Shown here piece after piece: positions 59,600 to 64,000 of a stretch of 64,000 nucleotides of DNA; within the stretch, counting starts at the first letter, position 1, and every line of letters starts with the position of its first letter. This DNA is from Octopus bimaculoides (lineage: Eukaryota): contig NC_068994.1 of the NCBI RefSeq assembly GCF_001194135.2, positions 3,882,793-3,946,792 on the forward strand, given 5' to 3'. The position numbers were made by a program, and so were the translations under genes. The notes under the pieces are model-generated. The model worked only from the letters and a program-made list of their open reading frames with translations. It made no database searches and had not been told where the DNA came from.

Positions 59600-61945
59600 A
59601 TGGAGAGGTCTGCCGGGATTCCAATCTATGGTGAAATGTATGGCATGCCATTCCATCACAGACTTCCTACACCAAGAATGCCAACCCTTAGTGACTTTTC
59701 TGGCAAGCATTTCGGCCAGGAACATGCTCTTGATACTCAGAGGATGGCTCCGTTAGGGGGCAAGCAATTTCCTATTCATAGCTCACAGAGTTCTCACTCG
59801 CAGCAAAGGATGACACCGATTGCTGAGAAATCCAGCCATCACCATAGCAACAGTTCTGGGAAGCACATTCACCATCGACATAGTTCTTCTCATTCACACA
59901 GCTCTCAAAGAATGTTAGAACCCGGTGAGAAGTCTATCCATAATAGCAGCAGTGACTCTGGGAAGCAGTACTCGCATGACACCCACAGGATCTCTCATGT
60001 GGCTGAGAAATCTTCCCATAGTTCCGGCAAGCATATGTCTCATGGAAGTTGTCAGGAGACTCCAAGGATGTCACATGTTCCAGAGAAAAACATTCACAAC
60101 AGCATCTCTAGTAAACAGATCTCTTCCCACAGACATAACTTGGAGAAGGAGAGAATAGCATCACCAGTTGACAAACCAGACAACAACAGCAACAGTGACC
60201 TGTCTGGGAGCCAGTTCTCCCATGAGTCAACTATAGAGAGCCAGAGACTGCCACTGCCCTATATTGGTCAGACAGTGTTTCCTGGTAACAATATGTACAG
60301 CAGCCAGTATTCTCAGCCGTGTTACTTACCGACGACTGACAGAATGCAGTCAAGCTTGGAGAGCGGACAATCATCTAAGGAGAGTTCTTCTCAAAAGAGC
60401 TCCACTGCTAGTATTGATAAATCATTCCATGGTGATGTGTCTCAAAAACAATATGGCCCGAACAAATTGTCGCCAACCCAACCCAAACCACAAGTATTGA
60501 GGCAGCTCTTCTGCGATTACTGTGGCAAGAAGTTTGCTCAGGAATATTTGATGCACATGCACCGAAGGAAACATACTGGAGAGAAACCGTTCCAGTGCGA
60601 CGTCTGCAACAAACAGTTCTCTCGTAAAGATGTTATGAAAAGACATAAGAAAAACCATATGGAGGGTCTTGTCCAATCCCCCAAAGTTCTTGGAAACAGC
60701 TACCAAGTTCCTATGCAAGAGAATTCTCAGATGGCAAAAAAACAGTTTACGCCTGATAAACTATTTCAATGTGATGTATGCATGAAATATTTCGGTACAA
60801 GGAATTATCTTGAAATTCACAAGAGAACTCATACTGGAGAGAAACCATTCCAATGTGACTTCTGTATCCAAAAATTTGCTCGAAGAGACACGCTTCAAAT
60901 CCATCGGCGCACCCATACCGGAGAGATGCCATTCCAATGTGAAGTCTGTCAAGAGAGATTTTCACAGCGAATAAAACTTCAGATTCATCAGAAAACACAC
61001 ATTTTGAAGAAACGGCACCAATGCGAATTTTGTCTGAAGCACTTTGCACAAAGATATTACCTTCAGATCCATCGACGACTGCACACCGGTGAGAAACTGA
61101 TGCACTGCGACATTTGCTTGAAGAAATTCACTCAAAAACATTACTTAATCATTCACAGGAGAACCCACACGGGAGAAAAACCATTCCAGTGTGACTTCTG
61201 CATTCAGAAATTTGCTCGCAAAACAACTCTTCAAATTCACCGGAGAACTCACACGGGGGAAAAACCATTCCATTGTGAGATTTGTGACAAGAGGTTCGCT
61301 CAGAGCGATAAGTTGAGAGTTCATCGTCGCACCCATGCACCGAAGCGTCAGTACCAATGCGATATTTGTTTAAAGATGTTTGCCCAAAGACATTACCTTC
61401 ATGTCCATCAGAGGTCTCACACCGGAGAGAAACCGTTCCAATGTGAAGTTTGTTTCAAACAGTTTGCTCAGAGAAACACATTACAGATACACAAGAGAAC
61501 ACACACAGGAGAGAAACCATTCCAGTGTGACGTCTGCCTCAAGAACTTTGCCCATAAACATTATCTAAGATTACATAAGAGAACGCACACTGGAGAGAAA
61601 CCATTTCAATGTGACTTCTGCCTGAAGCAGTTTGCTCAGAAAAATTCTTTGAAGATCCATTGTCGAACACACACTGGTGAGAAACCGTATCAGTGTGAGA
61701 TATGCTTCAAGTCTTTTGCTCAAAGACAATACCTGCGATTGCACAAAATAACACACAGTGGAGAGAAAGCTTATCATTGTGATATGTGCCCAAAACAGTT
61801 CACACGAGGTGATACTCTGCAGAGACACAAGAAAACTCACAATGGACCCCAACCAAGCAGTAAACCTCACAAAGTGTCTGTTAATTCCAACAATAAAACA
61901 ATTGAAGAGTTTCCACCAATGAGCACATACCTATGGCAGCTGTAG
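59600..61945 (+). CDS. C2H2 zinc-finger protein 'ZNF-B', 781 aa, single coding exon; 15 fingers (2+13); paralog of ZNF-A
   Basis: Uninterrupted ORF with 15 fingers. The track start at 59573 is a TTG just after an in-frame TAG; the first in-frame ATG is 59600 (ATCATGG, A at -3, G at +4). Both proteins start MER and end ...YLWQL*. Confidence 0.95.
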   Translation: MERSAGIPIYGEMYGMPFHHRLPTPRMPTLSDFSGKHFGQEHALDTQRMAPLGGKQFPIHSSQSSHSQQRMTPIAEKSSHHHSNSSGKHIHHRHSSSHSHSSQRMLEPGEKSIHNSSSDSGKQYSHDTHRISHVAEKSSHSSGKHMSHGSCQETPRMSHVPEKNIHNSISSKQISSHRHNLEKERIASPVDKPDNNSNSDLSGSQFSHESTIESQRLPLPYIGQTVFPGNNMYSSQYSQPCYLPTTDRMQSSLESGQSSKESSSQKSSTASIDKSFHGDVSQKQYGPNKLSPTQPKPQVLRQLFCDYCGKKFAQEYLMHMHRRKHTGEKPFQCDVCNKQFSRKDVMKRHKKNHMEGLVQSPKVLGNSYQVPMQENSQMAKKQFTPDKLFQCDVCMKYFGTRNYLEIHKRTHTGEKPFQCDFCIQKFARRDTLQIHRRTHTGEMPFQCEVCQERFSQRIKLQIHQKTHILKKRHQCEFCLKHFAQRYYLQIHRRLHTGEKLMHCDICLKKFTQKHYLIIHRRTHTGEKPFQCDFCIQKFARKTTLQIHRRTHTGEKPFHCEICDKRFAQSDKLRVHRRTHAPKRQYQCDICLKMFAQRHYLHVHQRSHTGEKPFQCEVCFKQFAQRNTLQIHKRTHTGEKPFQCDVCLKNFAHKHYLRLHKRTHTGEKPFQCDFCLKQFAQKNSLKIHCRTHTGEKPYQCEICFKSFAQRQYLRLHKITHSGEKAYHCDMCPKQFTRGDTLQRHKKTHNGPQPSSKPHKVSVNSNNKTIEEFPPMSTYLWQL

Positions 61946-62045
61946 GCCCCAGGGATGTTGGCACTGAGCAGGTGACTAACGAGTATTGAAAGTCTTGTTG
62001 CAGGTAAACGGTGAAAAAAACGAATGGATTTTCATGAGCAAATGT

Positions 62046-62066
62046 CAACAACAACAACAACAACAA

Positions 62067-62093
<27 letters not shown>
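62046..62093 (+). repeat. (CAA)7(CAG)8CAA trinucleotide repeat in the presumed ZNF-B 3'UTR
   Basis: Direct count; 100 nt after the stop codon. Confidence 0.95.
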
Positions 62094-62097
<4 letters not shown>

Positions 62098-62332
62098 TGT
62101 TACAAGTTGTGAAATGATTTCCTAGCCATTCAGTTGTAAAAACAGCTGCTGAATGGCTGCTTTCAAATGGCAAATGAGTAAGTTTTATCCAGATTATCAG
62201 TTTTGACCAAGCTGAAAGAGAATGGCTGGCTTTCTGTGGTTGGTCAAACACTGACCAACATTGTACACATAAACTGTACCTTTTTAACAAGGGATATTGT
62301 AATTAGATCTCAGTTATATGCAACACATACAC

Positions 62333-62374
<42 letters not shown>

Positions 62375-63524
62375 CATACATGCATACACTGATATATATA
62401 TATGTATATGCATGTGTGTACTCTAATACATGTACACATATTCACATACATTTATATATGTACACTAATATATACACATGAATCTGTAGAGGTATTTCTA
62501 CCTATGTATATTGCTACACATCACGCATACATATAGATATATACACATACTACATGCGTGTGTATTTATACACACACAGAGTATATATGTATAAAGGAAC
62601 AGTCAATGGTTACCATTATTGTGTATAAAAAAATTCATGACAACACTAACAACTGAGATATCCTTGAAAATCCTGTTTTCCCCCCCTAATCTTTCTCCAC
62701 ACTTCTAGATACTATTCCTTTCTTTTCTTCTATGCCACCCATCACCCAACACACATTATAACGATCTATTGAGAAAAGCCGCAACTAATTTGCATATGCC
62801 CTCTGCAGTGAGCTGCTTCTTGTTTCCTAGACTTGTGGTACAGATCGCTGTCCCTTACTGCCATTACAACTGTAGAAAAAAATTGAGTTTTTGCTGTGTC
62901 CATCCCACCCAGCACCCCAGACTCTGCTGCCCCCACTGTTAAAAACCCAGTCCTTCTTCCCCGCTACCCCAAACATTTACCTTCTGTAATTCCCTCCTGA
63001 ATAATGTTTAATGTCTGTGGCGGTGAGGATGGATGGCCATGGCTACAGCCTCCCCCCTTCCTTTCATATCCCTTCAAAGGAATGCTCTTACCGTGACTGT
63101 GGTTACAGTATTCTGGTCTCGTATTGTGACTCACTGCAGACGTGATGGTCGTGGTTGGAATGGTTTGATTATAGGGCTACTCAGTTAAGGTCGACCCGAG
63201 GCTAAACAATAAGAAACGGGTGACCTCTAACTGCGTTTGAGACGTCTGCAAATTCTGCCGACCATTTTGGGATTGGGACAGATCAGTGCCTCTCTACGGG
63301 ACACGTAAGAGTACAACAACAACAAGAGCAGGAGGTGCAGCAGCAGGAGCAGTGCACAAAGGACAAGCTGCTACCTTATGTGCCACATAGCCCCCCCCCC
63401 CCAGTGTAATGTGGAGAAGGTCGCGTGAAAGAGACCTAGGACTTGACTTTATGTATTAGTACTTATTGGCTGTCTCTTGAAAAAACTTAAACTCACACAC
63501 ACACATTAATACATGCACACATGC

Positions 63525-63556
<32 letters not shown>

Positions 63557-63676
63557 ATATGTATATGTGTGGATATAGAACATGTAAATAATCAACTGAA
63601 AAACTCCCATATTTGCCTACATTAAAACTGAATTGATACACAATCTCATGTATTCACATGTAGACCTACATGTATG

Positions 63677-63716
<40 letters not shown>

Positions 63717-64000
63717 CGTATGTATGTACAATGACAAATAGCCATAGCTTCAATCATTATCGATCATATATACAACCTCAACACACAATTCATACACATG
63801 TGTATATGTGTCTAACTAAAAGCATGACATTTAAACAAAGCTTGTCAGTTTTTTTTTTACAAAAAACTCTATTTACGTATGTTTGTTTCACTTATTGGAC
63901 ACCCACTACAGCTTTGATTACTCCACCACCAAGCCCCCACCCCATCCCCACCCCGTTGTGCTGTGTGAATTCCTTCTTAAACAACAAAACAAAAAAAGCC

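Overview
AT-rich, microsatellite- and retroposon-dense eukaryotic DNA with about 11 assembly gaps. The SINE/RTE-LINE content and large single-exon C2H2 arrays look like an octopus (coleoid cephalopod) genome; this is pattern recognition, not verified. The two clear genes are paralogous C2H2 zinc-finger factors arranged head-to-head about 42.5 kb apart: ZNF-A (minus, ATG 17128 to stop 13796, 1110 aa, 18 fingers) and ZNF-B (plus, ATG 59600 to stop 61945, 781 aa, 15 fingers). Each coding region is one exon preceded by a splice acceptor. I see no KRAB/SCAN/BTB/ZAD domain. Instead they share three non-finger elements I cannot assign to a named family: a tandem RMS-x-EKS-x-SGKQ(Y/F)SH repeat, an FPxNNxYxSQYSQPCYLP motif, and a C-terminal NKTIEEFPPMSxYLWQL-stop motif; the last two show many synonymous but few amino-acid differences between paralogs. 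Between the genes is a phase-consistent chain of small minus-strand exon candidates (about 39.4-41.7 kb) that the ORF track misses. It may be a third gene or a decayed pogo-like transposase. The rest is RTE and R4/Dong-type LINE fragments, several tRNA-derived SINE families, TTAA piggyBac-type MITEs, a hAT relic with a 72-bp-arm foldback insert, a Helitron-like 3' end and simple repeats. Most short ORFs in the track are microsatellite or gap artefacts.
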